A stretch of 64,000 bases of DNA from the NCBI RefSeq assembly GCF_006345805.1, contig NC_043013.1:37262001-37326000 (forward strand). Direction: 5' to 3'. The translations under genes and the position numbers were made by a program. Below are positions 1 through 13,514 of this stretch, in pieces. Under the pieces are notes generated by a model. It did no database searches and was not told where the DNA came from. It worked only from the letters and a program-made list of their open reading frames with translations. How positions within the stretch are numbered: position 1 is the stretch's first letter; every line of letters begins with the position of its first letter. This DNA is from Octopus sinensis. Lineage: Eukaryota.

Positions 1-564
1 CACACACATGCAAGCACACACACGCACATAACTTTATCTATCTTCTAATAGTTTCGCAGCGTAAGGCTCTTCGAATAATATTCTCATTTAATCTTTTTAT
101 GTATATTCATTATCGGTTTCTTCACTCGGGTACTGAGTCCTATGTTTCTTTTGTCATGAGTGGATATTGGCATGCGTCGACGTTAGCATATATTGCTTGT
201 GCCAACGTACAGATATGACAGGTATGAAAAAAATGCTATTTAGACGGAGTGTTTTTCAAAAAGGATATTGCTCAACTATATATATATATATATATTGCAT
301 TCCATCTGCTTTTTGTGAAAATATTCCTGACAACTACAATGCTAAAGAATAGCCGACATTTTTTGCTGTCAATCTTTTTTGCTTTCATATTTCAACATAG
401 GTATTAGGAGATTTGGAAATAAGATGACAAATATAGTTACCTTCTTTTTTTAAAACATCTTAAACGTGATCCATCTAAATCTTTGAAGGTGACAAAATTA
501 CCCTATTCTCTTGGCATTTCATAAGTAGCTAATTAAAATAATCTCTCCGATTTGCTTTTGCGAT

Positions 565-646
<82 letters not shown>

Positions 647-1958
647 TGTGTGTGTGTATGTGTGTGTGTGTATACATATATACGTATATATATATGTATG
701 TATATATCGATATGCATACACTCCTGTAGTCGCTCACGCAAGCACATATATATATATATATGTATACTTACCTACATATACAGACACACATACACACACA
801 TATATTTGTATATGCATGTATATATACATGTGTGTGTGTATGTGAAAACAAGTGGGAAGGCATCTAGGAGTTACACATGAAGCTAGTTTAATAATTAAAA
901 TGTACAAGAAAGACGACAGCAACAAGAAGAACATTATGAAATATATGTTTAGTGATCTTCACACCGATACGTTTCCAAAAAATCACACCTCCGACTGTCA
1001 TATTATTTCTTCTACTTTTCTCTGTGTTAACACTTCCAGAGTAGTATCGTTACATCAAAAGAAAATACCACTTGGGTTTGCATCCCCACCTCCTTACAAA
1101 GACATATATGCATACATAAAATGCACATGTATACGTATAGGTATGTATGAAACATATATATATATATATATATAATATATATATATATATGTATGTATAG
1201 AATAGGCTTTATCGCTAACTGTTAAAAAGATAATTTACGATCGTCGAAAGAAGAAAAAAAAACGTTCGTACACACAACAGTATATTAAAAGAAAGGAAAG
1301 CGCTTATCTTTATTGGAAGTAATTAAGCTAAGAACAGGAATACTACGCCACTGTCTGCAGAATTTAGGAACCAAGTATTGTATGAGTAAATCATTAATTT
1401 TAAGAACATAATGCTAAATATTTATCTCGCCAAAATCTAAATCAGGTGAGATCGGAAGTGTTTGAAAAAAATGCAGATATATTTTTGTCAAATTGTTGGA
1501 AATTCTTTCAAACAAACAAATTATAATGTCACAGGTAAATTTGGTTTTTCCACTGAATATTTCAGTGTTTATATTACTTCCTATATTTATATGCAAAGCA
1601 TCCAATTGTGTATGTACTTTTCGACCAAATTCACCATTCAACTGTGTGTGGACTGCGTTTCCTTTCTCTCGTAAGCATATGTCATGTGTGTATTCTTGAG
1701 ATTGTGTACGCACATATGTATATATGAATAAATAAATAAATATATGTTTGATCATGCGTACATATATGCAAATGAATATATTTTGATATATATGCACACA
1801 TGCAGAAACACACCAACACGCACACAATACACACATGACCCCTCCCAATAAATATGTATAGACATGTATATATATTATATATATATATATATAATATGTG
1901 TATATATATATATATGTATATATGTATATATGTATATATATGTATATATGTATATATG

Positions 1959-2047
<89 letters not shown>

Positions 2048-2096
2048 GTTATGTATATATAATATAGATATATATGTATATATATATATGTATGTA

Positions 2097-2187
<91 letters not shown>

Positions 2188-3046
2188 TTGTCTAGTAATT
2201 CTAAGATTAAGAATTCCATTTACGGTGCAGAATTTATTCTGGTACCGACGTTTTCTATTATAGAGGAGCGTCCACTGCCCAGTTATCCAAGAGAATTTCT
2301 AACCACTATTCGACATTCAGGGATAGGAAAAAACGACATAGTGCAGGGCTAAGTAAATTAGTTTGGCGTCTTAAAGACAATAATATAATTTTCAAGTTAG
2401 ATTGGTTCATATTGTCTGTATCTTTTCCTTTTAATAAGGGCAGGAGATTTTGTAACGATTGTAACTCTCAACTCTTCCATATTCTTTTTGCTAACGTTCC
2501 CTTAGTAAACACACTCATAGAAAAATCGTACAAATGTAAACACTGACAGAAACACACTTTCTACTCAAATAAATGATAACGATAGTCACTGTGGTTTGAA
2601 CAATTAGCTTCACGTCCACCCAACTGCTATAGAGAAATTCTTTCCTAAGCCTTCGAACATTCTTTCAATCAACGTACCTTTCCCTCTCCACTTGTTCCCT
2701 ACCTATTACTCCTTTATACCTTCCCTTACTACTATCTATCTTTGACGTCTGTCACTCTCTCGCACACACAATCACACACACAGACACAAATGCAGTTATA
2801 CACACACACATACACACACACAAACACACGCACTCATTAACACAAGCATACACCCATACATTTCCATACATACAGCAAACATACTGTCCCCTACCCATTA
2901 TTACTTTATCCCTTTCCTTCCTCCTACTATCCATTTTTGACGTCAATTCTCCTAACGGATTTTAAAAAAAGTACACTCATTATCGCTCTGTTTACCATGT
3001 AGGGAACCATCGAAATTTTTGTTTGTCTTGTTGTCGAGAGAGGCTC

Positions 3047-3117
3047 CCTTTCTTTCCTGATGAGAAGATTACATAATGCACCCTGTATTCCTTCGAAACA
3101 TGTGTCGAGAGTAAAGG
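3047..3117 (+). ncRNA. Type I hammerhead ribozyme, complete core
   Basis: Helix I 5' strand CCTTTCTTTC (3047-3056); CTGATGA (3057-3063); helix II GAAG/CTTC extended by ATTACA/TGTATT; GAAA (3095-3098); helix III AC-[ATGT]-GT; C17 at 3106; helix I 3' strand GAGAG-T-AAAGG (10 bp, one bulge, one G.U). Folded by hand. Confidence 0.88.
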
Positions 3118-3312
3118 AATTTTATTAACATCTTCGTTCGACTCCATTCTTTCATTTATTCATATACAACACACAAATTTATGCACATGAACCCGGAGTT
3201 TCTACCCTTGACAGGTCGCTTCAGCCGTGTTTTCTGACGAGAATTTGCTACCCAGTTTCGGTTAAACGAATTTTCCATGCTGACCATAACATAGGATAAT
3301 TCATTCACCTAC

Positions 3313-3400
<88 letters not shown>

Positions 3401-3454
3401 ATTATATTATATATGTATATATATATATTATATATATATATATATCTATATATA

Positions 3455-3524
<70 letters not shown>

Positions 3525-3543
3525 ATATATATATATATATGTA

Positions 3544-4025
3544 CCATAAATCTTCGAGTATAGTCCGCCTTTGAGAATTTTAGTGGGTGGGTTGCTGTAC
3601 CTCTGAAAAACCTAAATCTTGTGTATAATACGCACTCCTTCTCTAACTTGAGTCGAGCGTAATTAAGCCAGCAGCACCTAGTCGAAGAAACAGTTTCGCG
3701 CATGCATAATACATTAATGGTGATGTTCTCAACTTTTATATAGGAATGTAAATATGTTTGCAAACTGGTTTTTGTTATATGTTATTCTGTGTTCTGAATA
3801 CTTTTATCTTAATAAATGTTGCTTACTGCAAGCTATGGATGATTCTTTTATGACTTCATTGCTTTCAGTCTTAGCTTAAGGTATTTTCGCGCCCGACATT
3901 ACGGAATGCGTCTGAATAAACATTGCCTGACAGCAAATAGAGACTCGGACATTGCTTAGTAAATATATTTTTAACCTCGTACATAGTACGGGAAAATAAT
4001 GCGGATTATACTCGAGGATATACTG
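3544..4025. mobile_element. Non-autonomous Tc1/mariner-superfamily (Tc2/pogo-like) MITE
   Basis: ~25-bp imperfect terminal inverted repeats CCATAAATCTTCGAGTATAGTCCGC (3544-3568) and GCGGATTATACTCGAGGATATACTG (4001-4025). Flanked by TA on both sides; no ORF. Confidence 0.7.
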
Positions 4026-4081
4026 TATAAAAACTAACACTAATATATATAACTATCAATCTATATATGTATATATATATG

Positions 4082-4345
4082 TGATCATGTGACCGACCAG
4101 GCTATCAGATGTTGCTACACATCGCTGGTCACAATGCGCTTCGCATTGTTTTAGCCTTCAAATCACGCCACCCCGCTGGTTAAGCGAGAAGGCCAACAGA
4201 AGAAAGAGTGAGAGAAAGTTGTGGCGAAAGAGTACAGCAGGGATCGCCACCACCCCCTATCGAAGCCTCGAGCTTTAGGTGTTTTCGCTCAATAAACACA
4301 CACAACGCCCGGTCTGGGAATCGAAACCACTGGGCAATTGCGCTT

Positions 4346-4349
<4 letters not shown>
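4082..4349 (-). mobile_element. tRNA-derived SINE, family B (internal deletion in head)
   Basis: Reverse strand starts GTGGAAGCGCAATTGCCCAGTGGTTTCGATTCCCAGACCGGGCG. Homologous to 15054-15365 and 56810-57147; about 35 nt between the A and B boxes is missing. Confidence 0.85.
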
Positions 4350-4398
<49 letters not shown>

Positions 4399-4532
4399 AT
4401 CTATATATAATCTATATATATATACACATATATATATTTACATATATATATATATAGGCAATATATATATTATATATTATATATATTATATATATATATA
4501 TTTCGATTTTGTATTTGGTTCGCACACTGGGT

Positions 4533-4800
4533 CAACTTGACATCCGCATCTTATCCAAGCACCCGAAGGACCCAACACTCAGACCAATCCAGGAGTACAT
4601 CCTCATAAATGAAACATCCTCTATACTGAATAGGAAATACACATAGAAGGTAGTGATACCCCAATACTCAGAGTTTATAAATACGCATGTAGTTGGTGAA
4701 TGCTGCCATGATCCCTGCCTTCATTTCATCATTGGTGTCAGAAGAAGCTTTGTTGGATCAGGGTGAAATCGTATAGTGGCTATCATATAATATTTCACGT
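4533..4800 (+). mobile_element. Penelope-like element 3' remnant (GIY-YIG C-terminus-like frame followed by decayed HHR-like motif)
   Basis: Frame from 4533 reads QLDIRILSKHPKDPTLRPIQEYILINETSSILNRKYT*, resembling the R-I-E-I...LN end of Penelope-like ORFs. Followed by CAGAAGA-A-GCTTTG/CAGGGT-GAAA at 4739-4768. Confidence 0.55.
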
Positions 4801-5066
4801 ATCTTATCTCGTGTATACATCTTAATATTTACATAATGATCATCACCTTACAGTCGTGGAGTATGCTCCCTTCTTAATTTTTCATGATCGATATCACACA
4901 TCTCAACATGTTTCAATACCTGGTTTGTGAGTATATTTGGAATATCCTTCAATATATATTTTTTTTTCTTTAATCTCATTGCCTGATACCTCCTTTGCGC
5001 ATGGTTGTTTGCAGTTTTATATGGGTATGTGTGTGTGTGTGTGTGAGTGTGTGTGTGCGAGTGTGA

Positions 5067-5101
<35 letters not shown>

Positions 5102-5140
5102 GTGTGTGTTTAGCTACTGACTTTTCACCTTCACAACTCA

Positions 5141-5375
5141 ATAACGTGAACGGGTATCGGTATCCGATCGGCTAGGAGATGGTCGGGCCGACACTTTTTT
5201 TTCTCTCCTTCTTTCTGTGTTTTTTTTCTCTCTGTGTATCTTTCTGTTGAAGAGCGTAGGCTCGAAACGTTAAAGACTTGTTTTATTTATATTTCCTGAG
5301 CGCCATACTAATACAATTGTTTATTTGTTTCCCACCTGCCTTCGTCTTTTGTCTATTTTCATAAAGCTTCCCGTT
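5141..5375 (+). mobile_element. Penelope-like element 3' end / pseudo-LTR remnant
   Basis: NNVNGYRYPIG*EMV-type ORF tail, then a pyrimidine tract, a minimal hammerhead-like motif at 5239-5276, and a (TA)n end. Confidence 0.55.
5239..5276 (+). ncRNA. Minimal type I hammerhead-like motif (A6U variant, palindromic helix III)
   Basis: TCTTT-CTGTTGA-A-GAGC[GTAG]GCTC-GAAA-CG-TT-AAAGA. Helix I 5 bp, helix II 4 bp, AACGTT palindrome in place of helix III; core A6 is T. Confidence 0.6.
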
Positions 5376-5400
5376 ATATATATATATATATATATATACA

Positions 5401-5607
5401 TGTGTGTGTGAGTATATGTTTGTCTCCACAACATTGCTTCACAGCCGATGATGGTGTGTTTATGTCAACGTAACCTAGCGGTTTGGCAAAAGTGTTCGAT
5501 AGAATAAGTACTAGGACTACAAAGAATAAGCCTCGTGGTTTATTTGCTCGACTAAACGAAGTGCTCCGGCATAGTTCCATTCACATGAGTGAAACAAGTA
5601 AAAGAAT
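5401..5607 (+). mobile_element. SINE family A, 3' half
   Basis: Matches the 3' module (gatagaataagtact...gctcgactaaa...gaaacaagtaaaaga) of the full-length copies at 54038 and 56063; begins at a (TG)n tract. Confidence 0.75.
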
Positions 5608-5923
5608 ATATGTACGCGCGCTTATGTGTGTGTGTATGTGTACAGATATGTAAGTAATCGTTTGGTAAATCTTTGGATCGTTCTCATTCAGAAGGAACAA
5701 ATTTCTATCAAAGTTATCAAGCTCTACACCCAGGATATACGCATAATAATAGCTGTGAATATCTATACGTTGAGATTTAAAAGAGTTTTGCATAATTTCA
5801 ATTCACATAGGTTGGAAAATTTGTATATATGGATTTATTATTGTATATAACTACAGGCTTGTGTACATACAAATATATATATATAATCACACCCGCATCC
5901 ACAAAAACACACACACGTATATG

Positions 5924-5977
<54 letters not shown>

Positions 5978-6078
5978 CGTGTGTGTGTGTGTGGGCATGT
6001 GTGTGTGTAGATATATACACATCAGAATTTACATGCATATATAAGTTTACTTTTATACATGCATACATATGTTTATTT

Positions 6079-6122
<44 letters not shown>

Positions 6123-6720
6123 CACACACACACGCACATATAAATTCATATATATATACATATATATTCATTTGCAAGCATATTCACGCGTGCATTGTTG
6201 CGTAAATGCTTGTATTTCTATATCTGTACGAGTGTGTGTATGTGTGTGTCTGTGTGTATGCGTGTGTCTCAATATGTTTGAATGCGTGCATACGAGTGTG
6301 CGTGCGTGTGTGTCTCCGTGTGCTTATCTCTGTGTGTGTATACGTATGCAGGTCTCTCTGTATGACATGTCTGCCATGCATTATGAGTACGTTTATGTAA
6401 GTTTGGGGTTGTGCATGTACGATTCGGCGTGCAATACTTTCAATATTGTTGTTAAATTTCAGATGCTACCATTGAATAGCTTTCGGTGTCTATCCTTGAG
6501 GTTATTGCTTAATTCCTTTATAATTGTGTGTACAAATTCTATTATATTCGTCTCTGCTGTGCATGTGTACATCGGCTTTGTGCTTGTAGATGTATTTCTG
6601 TCAGTTTACAAGTGTGTATGCTTAGTTGATTTACCTTTTTATAAGCGAAACTACAAGAAAACCAATGCCCGCTGGGTAATAAAACAACATGCATATATGC
6701 ACAGAACAGTGAACAGCCTG

Positions 6721-6880
6721 TAGTAGTAGTATTAGTAGTAGTAGTAGTAGTAGTGGTAGTAGTAGTAGTAGTAGTAGTAATAGACTGATTAAGAAGTTTC
6801 TTAAGATGTAATATTTCTTATATTTTGATGATGATGATAATAATTATAAGAAGAACAACAGCAACAACAATAACAACAGC

Positions 6881-6926
<46 letters not shown>

Positions 6927-7200
6927 TAATAATGATAATATAATATAATAATAATAATAATGATAATAATAATAATAATAATAATAATATAATAATAATA
7001 ATAATAATAATAAATAATATACTAATGATAATAAATAATATAATAATAATAATAATAATATAATAATAATAATAAATAATATAATAATAATAATAATAAT
7101 ATTAATAATAATAATATAATAATAATAATAATAATGATAAGAATAACTACACTACCAACACCAAGAAGAACAAGAATAACAATAACAACAACAGAATTAT
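6721..7200. repeat. Compound trinucleotide array (TAG)n-(GAT)n-(AAC)n-(AAT)n
   Basis: Seen directly. Confidence 0.95.
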
Positions 7201-9084
7201 ATTCATTTTGAGCAAATTTTTCTAGGATGAATTTTGAAAACAATGTTCAGAAAATTGATTTAGATGTTTAAAAAATTAGAAAAATTTCCGAAAGGAAATT
7301 ATGAAATAAAAATTAACAAACGGCGAAAAAATAACATGTATATATATGCATTTGATTTTCGTTAGTAATTTTTTATACTTTTTTAAAAATGCTTAGAATA
7401 ATCAAAAGTCAAATCTTATTTTCAAAGAAAAATAACATTAAAAGTTGATTAGATTTTGAAAATGTTCGAAGATAAAATGAAAAAAGTATATATGAAAATT
7501 CTCTTCTATCCCTGGAGGGATAAAAATCTAATATGATCCGTTTTGTTGCAAATATATATATGTATGTTTGTGAGTGTGTGTGATTCTTTATGTATGTATG
7601 TATATATATGTATATATATGTATATATGTATATATATATATATATACACATGTTTATATATTTATATATACATATGTACATATGTACACGCCCGCACACA
7701 CACACATTATATATGTATGTATCTATATGCCCATCAATCTGTATATATGCTGTGCATACGTATGCATATACATACATATATATATACATACACGTATGTA
7801 TTATATATCATATATACATATATATATGTGTGTGCGTGTTGTGCGCGTGTGTGTCAGTGTGTGTATAGATATATCTATGTACTTGCTTGCAAACCTGGGT
7901 GCTTGCATTTGCGTGTATATGTGTATGAATATACATGTATAATCTTTCAGGAGACTTTGTTTTTTCCTATAAATTTCAGCCACAAATATTTCTGATAATA
8001 TGAAGAAGCAGAGATTTGAAATATATACATAATATAATTATCAGATTAGTAATCGTATTCATTTCTTTCATCGTATGTTATTTAAAATGATATTTGCGTC
8101 TTGTGCCTTTAAGTTTCATCGTATACCATGGCATCGTATTCTGTTGTATGGCATTGTAATTTAATCCCAGTTAATATAGATTCATCGTAAATACATGCAT
8201 GCATACATACATATACACATATAAGCGAGCATGCATGCATACGTGTATGTATATAACTGCTAGCTTCTAACTTTTACGTGCTTCCTATTGGAATGCGACC
8301 AGGATTTCCTTGAAGCGTTTAAGACGTACCAAACAACCTCGGTACATAGTTTTATAAGCCTGATATGTTGGTGTTTATTCTGTCGGGCTCTTTGCCGAAA
8401 CGTTAATTTATATTGAAACGTAAACAAACCAACTTGTGTTCATTTGGATAGACGTAAATGCAGTGAATCTCCGACTACTAAACCCATATAAAAAGCTATT
8501 GTGTGCCCGGGAAGAGAAATATATTTCGCACGAGAGTTCCTGACCCCAGTTAAGAATGTATTTGCATACAACCATTCAGAGCTAACCTATCAAACTAATT
8601 CAAATAGCGCATAACAAGTGAAGGGCGATAAGATAAGGTAACTTGAGTAAGGAATGACCATGCTTCCTTTTACTTTTAACAATGCTTGTTGTTCATGTAA
8701 TTGTTGCAACCATAGCTGCTTCTGCGTAGTTATTTGTGTTGTTGTTTAATTATAAAAGAGGGTTGCTAGCACTTCAACCTCTACCCACATTTTTCCCATC
8801 CATGTCTGTACCATATGGGGCCCTAACAAAATCCGAAAATAGTTATAGATACAAACCTATCTAATTACTTGTCTCCTCAAATCAGACAACAACACCGTTC
8901 TTCGTCTTGAGTTTACTTGGTAGTGTGTTTGTTAACTTGACATGATCAACATGAGCTTTGATTGGCTGTATTCAAATGAGTTCATTACTGGGACCCGGAA
9001 CTAAAATTATTAATCCTGTCCGTCCCTGATTCTGTTTTATGTCATATATGGGTACACTAACTTCCTCACATACTCTTTACTCTT

Positions 9085-9232
9085 TTACTATTTTACTTGC
9101 TTCAGTCATTTGACTGTGACCATGCTGGAGCACTGCCTGTAGTCGAGCAAATCGACCCAAGATCTTATTCTTTGTAAGCCTAGTACTCATTCTATCGGTC
9201 TCTTTTGCCGAACTGCTAAGTTATGGGGACAT
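9085..9232 (-). mobile_element. SINE family A, 3' fragment
   Basis: Reverse complement of the family A 3' module. Confidence 0.8.
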
Positions 9233-10366
9233 CATCGAATACATCCTTCATTTTGTGTTAATTTGCGAGCTAGCTTAGTATTTGAATCTAATTTGTCCTA
9301 TATTCTTCACCGCCGAATCGATCTTGCAGAAGATTTTTTCCCTAGTTTCAATTTACTCCTCATCAAGCAGACATACCTAATATTGCGAAGTGGTCGAGTA
9401 ACAGTCACCATGATTATTTCATTGGAAAACTTTATACATTTTTTCAGGCTTTCAGAAATTATCCGCTTAAAGCGGTGCTCCAGTGTGGCTGTACTTAAAT
9501 GACTGAAACATGTGAAAGAAAATTTAAATCCCAATTTTGGTGCTATAGTATCAACGGGAAAATTATGGTAGTTTTTGATTTACTGTTGCAAATGAATACG
9601 AAATATACATTCAAAATACTGCTCAAAATTAGAACCCCGGTGGTAATTCAGACACATGCATACTTGGGAGGAAAGTGAGGGTCTCCAAAGTCATTCCAAT
9701 ATAAGTTAAATTGACAGGATATTTCTAAGAGTTTTGTCCACATTTCTTTCTTCTTTTATGTCAACATTTCATTTTCCAGGTTAATAAGTAAACTATGAAA
9801 GAAGAGCATCGGCTTGGCACAAATGTTTGGGCTTAGGACCAGAAAGCTATGTTTCGGCTATTTGATGTCTTAATTTACATCTTAAACACCTCGGTTTTCT
9901 GTGGTGGGGGACCCGTGTGATAGGTTTCCAATCTCATCAGGCACATCGACAGCATCGTGTTAGTTTCAAAATCCACGAATATGAAATGTGCCTCTGGATT
10001 GCAAGTTTGACAACGTTAGTATAAATATATATATATATATATATACATTCGAATGTAAATTACACTGGTGTTCATATATAAACACATACGCACAACCAGT
10101 TTTATACGTAAGCATGTACGCATGAATATAAGCATTAAGGCATTACACCTGATAAGATTAAGAATAAGAAATGACGTAGTACAAAGAAGAGTAGCATAGA
10201 TATAATCGTATATTTCTAAGAAGGCTACTATTAGCTGAATACTAAAGCATTCTCTCAAAGTAATTTCTTTGAGAATATGATTCAGGAAAGAAACACGTGC
10301 ATAACTGTAAGGTATTTATAAAGATTTGCGTGTGTGTATTGTACAACTGCATACGTATACAATCGT

Positions 10367-10426
<60 letters not shown>

Positions 10427-10488
10427 GGAGAGACAGAACTTTTTTGAAAGGGTGATTTGTGTGTATATATATACAGTATATGTATATG

Positions 10489-10524
<36 letters not shown>

Positions 10525-10749
10525 TGCATTTATACACACACATTGACACATTATATATATGTTTATATTATATATATATATGTGTGTGTGTGTGTATGGT
10601 GGTTGTCTACTCCTTATGCAAAGTTTCACCACCTCCCTTACCTACATCTTAGAACCATCATATATATATATGTAATAGCGCAAACAGTAGTATTGCTTCC
10701 CAGTAAAACAAAGCACCCTCAGTGCATTGTTGTACCATTATTCTATATA

Positions 10750-11029
10750 TAGGAGTGGTTAGTAGCTTCCTTACCAACCACATGGTTCTGGATTCAATCC
10801 CACTGCGTGGCACCTTGGGCATGTGTCTTCTACTATAGCCAAGCAAGCATCGCTTTACAACCGATGCTGGTGTGTTTACATCCCCGTAACTTAGCGGTTC
10901 CACAAAACAGACCGATAGAATAAGTACTAGGTTTACAAAGAATAAGTCCTGGGGGCGATTGGCTCGACTAAAGGCGGTGCTCCAGCATGGCTGCATTGTA
11001 ATGACTGAAACGAATAAAAGATTAAAAGA
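10750..11029 (+). mobile_element. SINE family A, internally deleted (lacks central microsatellite)
   Basis: tRNA-like head plus caccttgggcatgtgtcttctactatagcc joined directly to the 3' module. Confidence 0.85.
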
Positions 11030-11714
11030 GTGTATATATATATATATTATATATATATATATACACACATGAGATCTATTGTCAGTGAAAACAGAAGCTG
11101 GCTGAAAAGGATGGACGTACTTTCAATTCTTATAAACTCAAGATCAAAATGTGGTTAAGAAACATTTATTGTACAGAACTATGTTTTTCATCCAGAAGAC
11201 TTCTATAAAATATTGCGCTAAGATTCTTACATCTCAAAACCTCACAGAGCAGTTAGCAAAATATATAAAATTGGGATATTGTCTAATGGTCCCATCTGGA
11301 AATAAGAAAGGAACATTTTTCTGGTTGCTAACCAGAGTATTTGTGAATTGCGTAGATGTTTGTTTTGTGAAGTATTTTATTAAATGTAGATGTTGTTTAG
11401 TAAATAAGTAAATAAACGGAAAATGATCACCATATTTAAGAGATAACGAACAATTGGCTAGAAGGATTTTATTATTTGTCTGATCGTTGGTTGGGATCTT
11501 AAGATTAGTATGAATCGTCATGGTTTTTCGTTGATTAGGTCGATATATAATGTGCTAATCAATTACCGGCATTAACTGGAATGTTTTGCATTTCATATTT
11601 TCTGACCTTGAACTAAAGTCTGAAGTCAACATGTGCAATGCACAAGAAACATGCTCTGACTTGCACTCAGTTATACATACATACATACATACATACATAC
11701 ATACATACATACAT

Positions 11715-11777
<63 letters not shown>

Positions 11778-12048
11778 CTTATGTTCATAAATATATTTAA
11801 ACGTATGTGTGTCTGTGTGTACACATATATTCATAAACACATCTTTGCTTTTTACGTGTGTTTTTAATGCTGGCATTTATTTTATTGATCTATTTACAGA
11901 ACCGCTAAGTTACGGGTACGTAAACATTCCAACACTGGTTGTTAGGCGATGGGGAACAAGCACAGGCACATATTCATAGTTTCAGGTAGGGATATATACA
12001 CACACATACACGCGCACTGTCCTCTCTCCATATATATATATATATATA

Positions 12049-12085
<37 letters not shown>

Positions 12086-12131
12086 CTTATATATATATAT
12101 ATTTGTGTGTGCGTGTGTGTGAGTGTGTGAG

Positions 12132-12208
<77 letters not shown>

Positions 12209-12257
12209 ACGTATGTATAGAAAGAGAATGAGGGATAGACAGATATATATATATGTA

Positions 12258-12288
<31 letters not shown>

Positions 12289-12544
12289 ATATATACATAG
12301 ATATATAGATAGAGAGATAGAGAGATATACATACATATTCACTTCAAAGTGATTGATGCTATGTTTAAATTGGGTGTTCGCATTTTGTAGCTTGGTCAAA
12401 TTTTGATGTAATAGTGGCTAATACCAAACGCTAATGAGCATTAATTCCAAATATTCCCAAGAGGCATCTCATTAGTCACATACGAGAACATGATAACGGC
12501 ATCTGATAGATTTTAGATATTATACTATGCCTCACTTACAACAA

Positions 12545-12795
12545 TTGACACAGTCCTTAAATCGCAGCCTTGGTTTTTGCCGGAGTCTCCTTCCATTCAC
12601 AAGCTCTCCTGCTATCCTTCATTCTAATAAGGTGTCCAGTTCAACGTAACCGGTGCTTGTGCACCATCGCCTCAATACTCAAGATAACAGCTATCCTCAA
12701 GACCTGTGTGTCTGGATTTTTGAGATCCACCCAACATTGAGAATGTGTCTGAGACATCTCTGATGAAAACGTTCAAAGACCATTACCTGACGTTC
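12545..12795 (-). mobile_element. RTE (BovB-like) LINE ORF2 C-terminal fragment
   Basis: Minus strand reads RQVMVFERFHQRCLRHILNVGWISKNPDTQVLRIAVILSIEAMVHKHRLR*TGHLIRMKDSR, then ELVNGRRLRQKPRLRFKDCV after a deletion. Matches the RTE motifs FHQRCLR-IL / LRW-GH-RM / R-R-KD. Confidence 0.85.
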
Positions 12796-13328
12796 GTAAT
12801 TAATTTTCGAAAAGGAGCCAATTCGGCAGAGACAGATTAATATGTATGTCATATATTAAAAAACAAATTTAATCAACTAATTCCAATATTAGTTGCAACA
12901 ACAACAAGAAGCACAAAACAAGAATAAATGCATCATAGACAATATAAATAACAATGTCTGTTTCAAATGTTGGCACAAACCACCATGTTTTAGCTAGGGG
13001 TCGGACTGGCTTTATATGATTTCATCTATTCCACTACTTGATAGTTTATCTTTATTTCATTAATTCCTGAAGTCACGGGTACGTAAACATTTCAACACCG
13101 GCTGTTAAGCGATGGGCGACAAGCACAATCATAGACTCATACTCACGCAGGGACATTTACACACAAATACATACGCAATCACCTCCCTCTATGTATATTT
13201 GTGTGTGCGTGTGTGGTCATATAGATATATGATCACATGTACGACTACTAATAAATGTACTTATCTTTCTAACTCTCCCTCACACAATAAATACATATGA
13301 CTGTTATACGCTAAGACAATTCTGCCAA

Positions 13329-13340
13329 CTACTACTACTA

Positions 13341-13392
<52 letters not shown>

Positions 13393-13397
13393 CACTA

Positions 13398-13487
<90 letters not shown>

Positions 13488-13500
13488 TTAATAATAACAA
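13329..13500. repeat. (ACT)n grading into (AAT)n
   Basis: Seen directly. Confidence 0.95.
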
Positions 13501-13514
13501 CACCATGTGGGAGA

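Noticed and set aside
41-85. Minus-strand TCGAAGA-GC..GC-GAAAC resembling an HHR
   Set aside because: Core altered, and no convincing helix I or III.
3235-3275. CTGACGA-GAA...TTC downstream of the first hammerhead
   Set aside because: No GAAA and no cleavage-site helix.
9660-9770. YIGMT string suggesting GIY-YIG on the minus strand
   Set aside because: The surrounding frame has stops and no other supporting motif.
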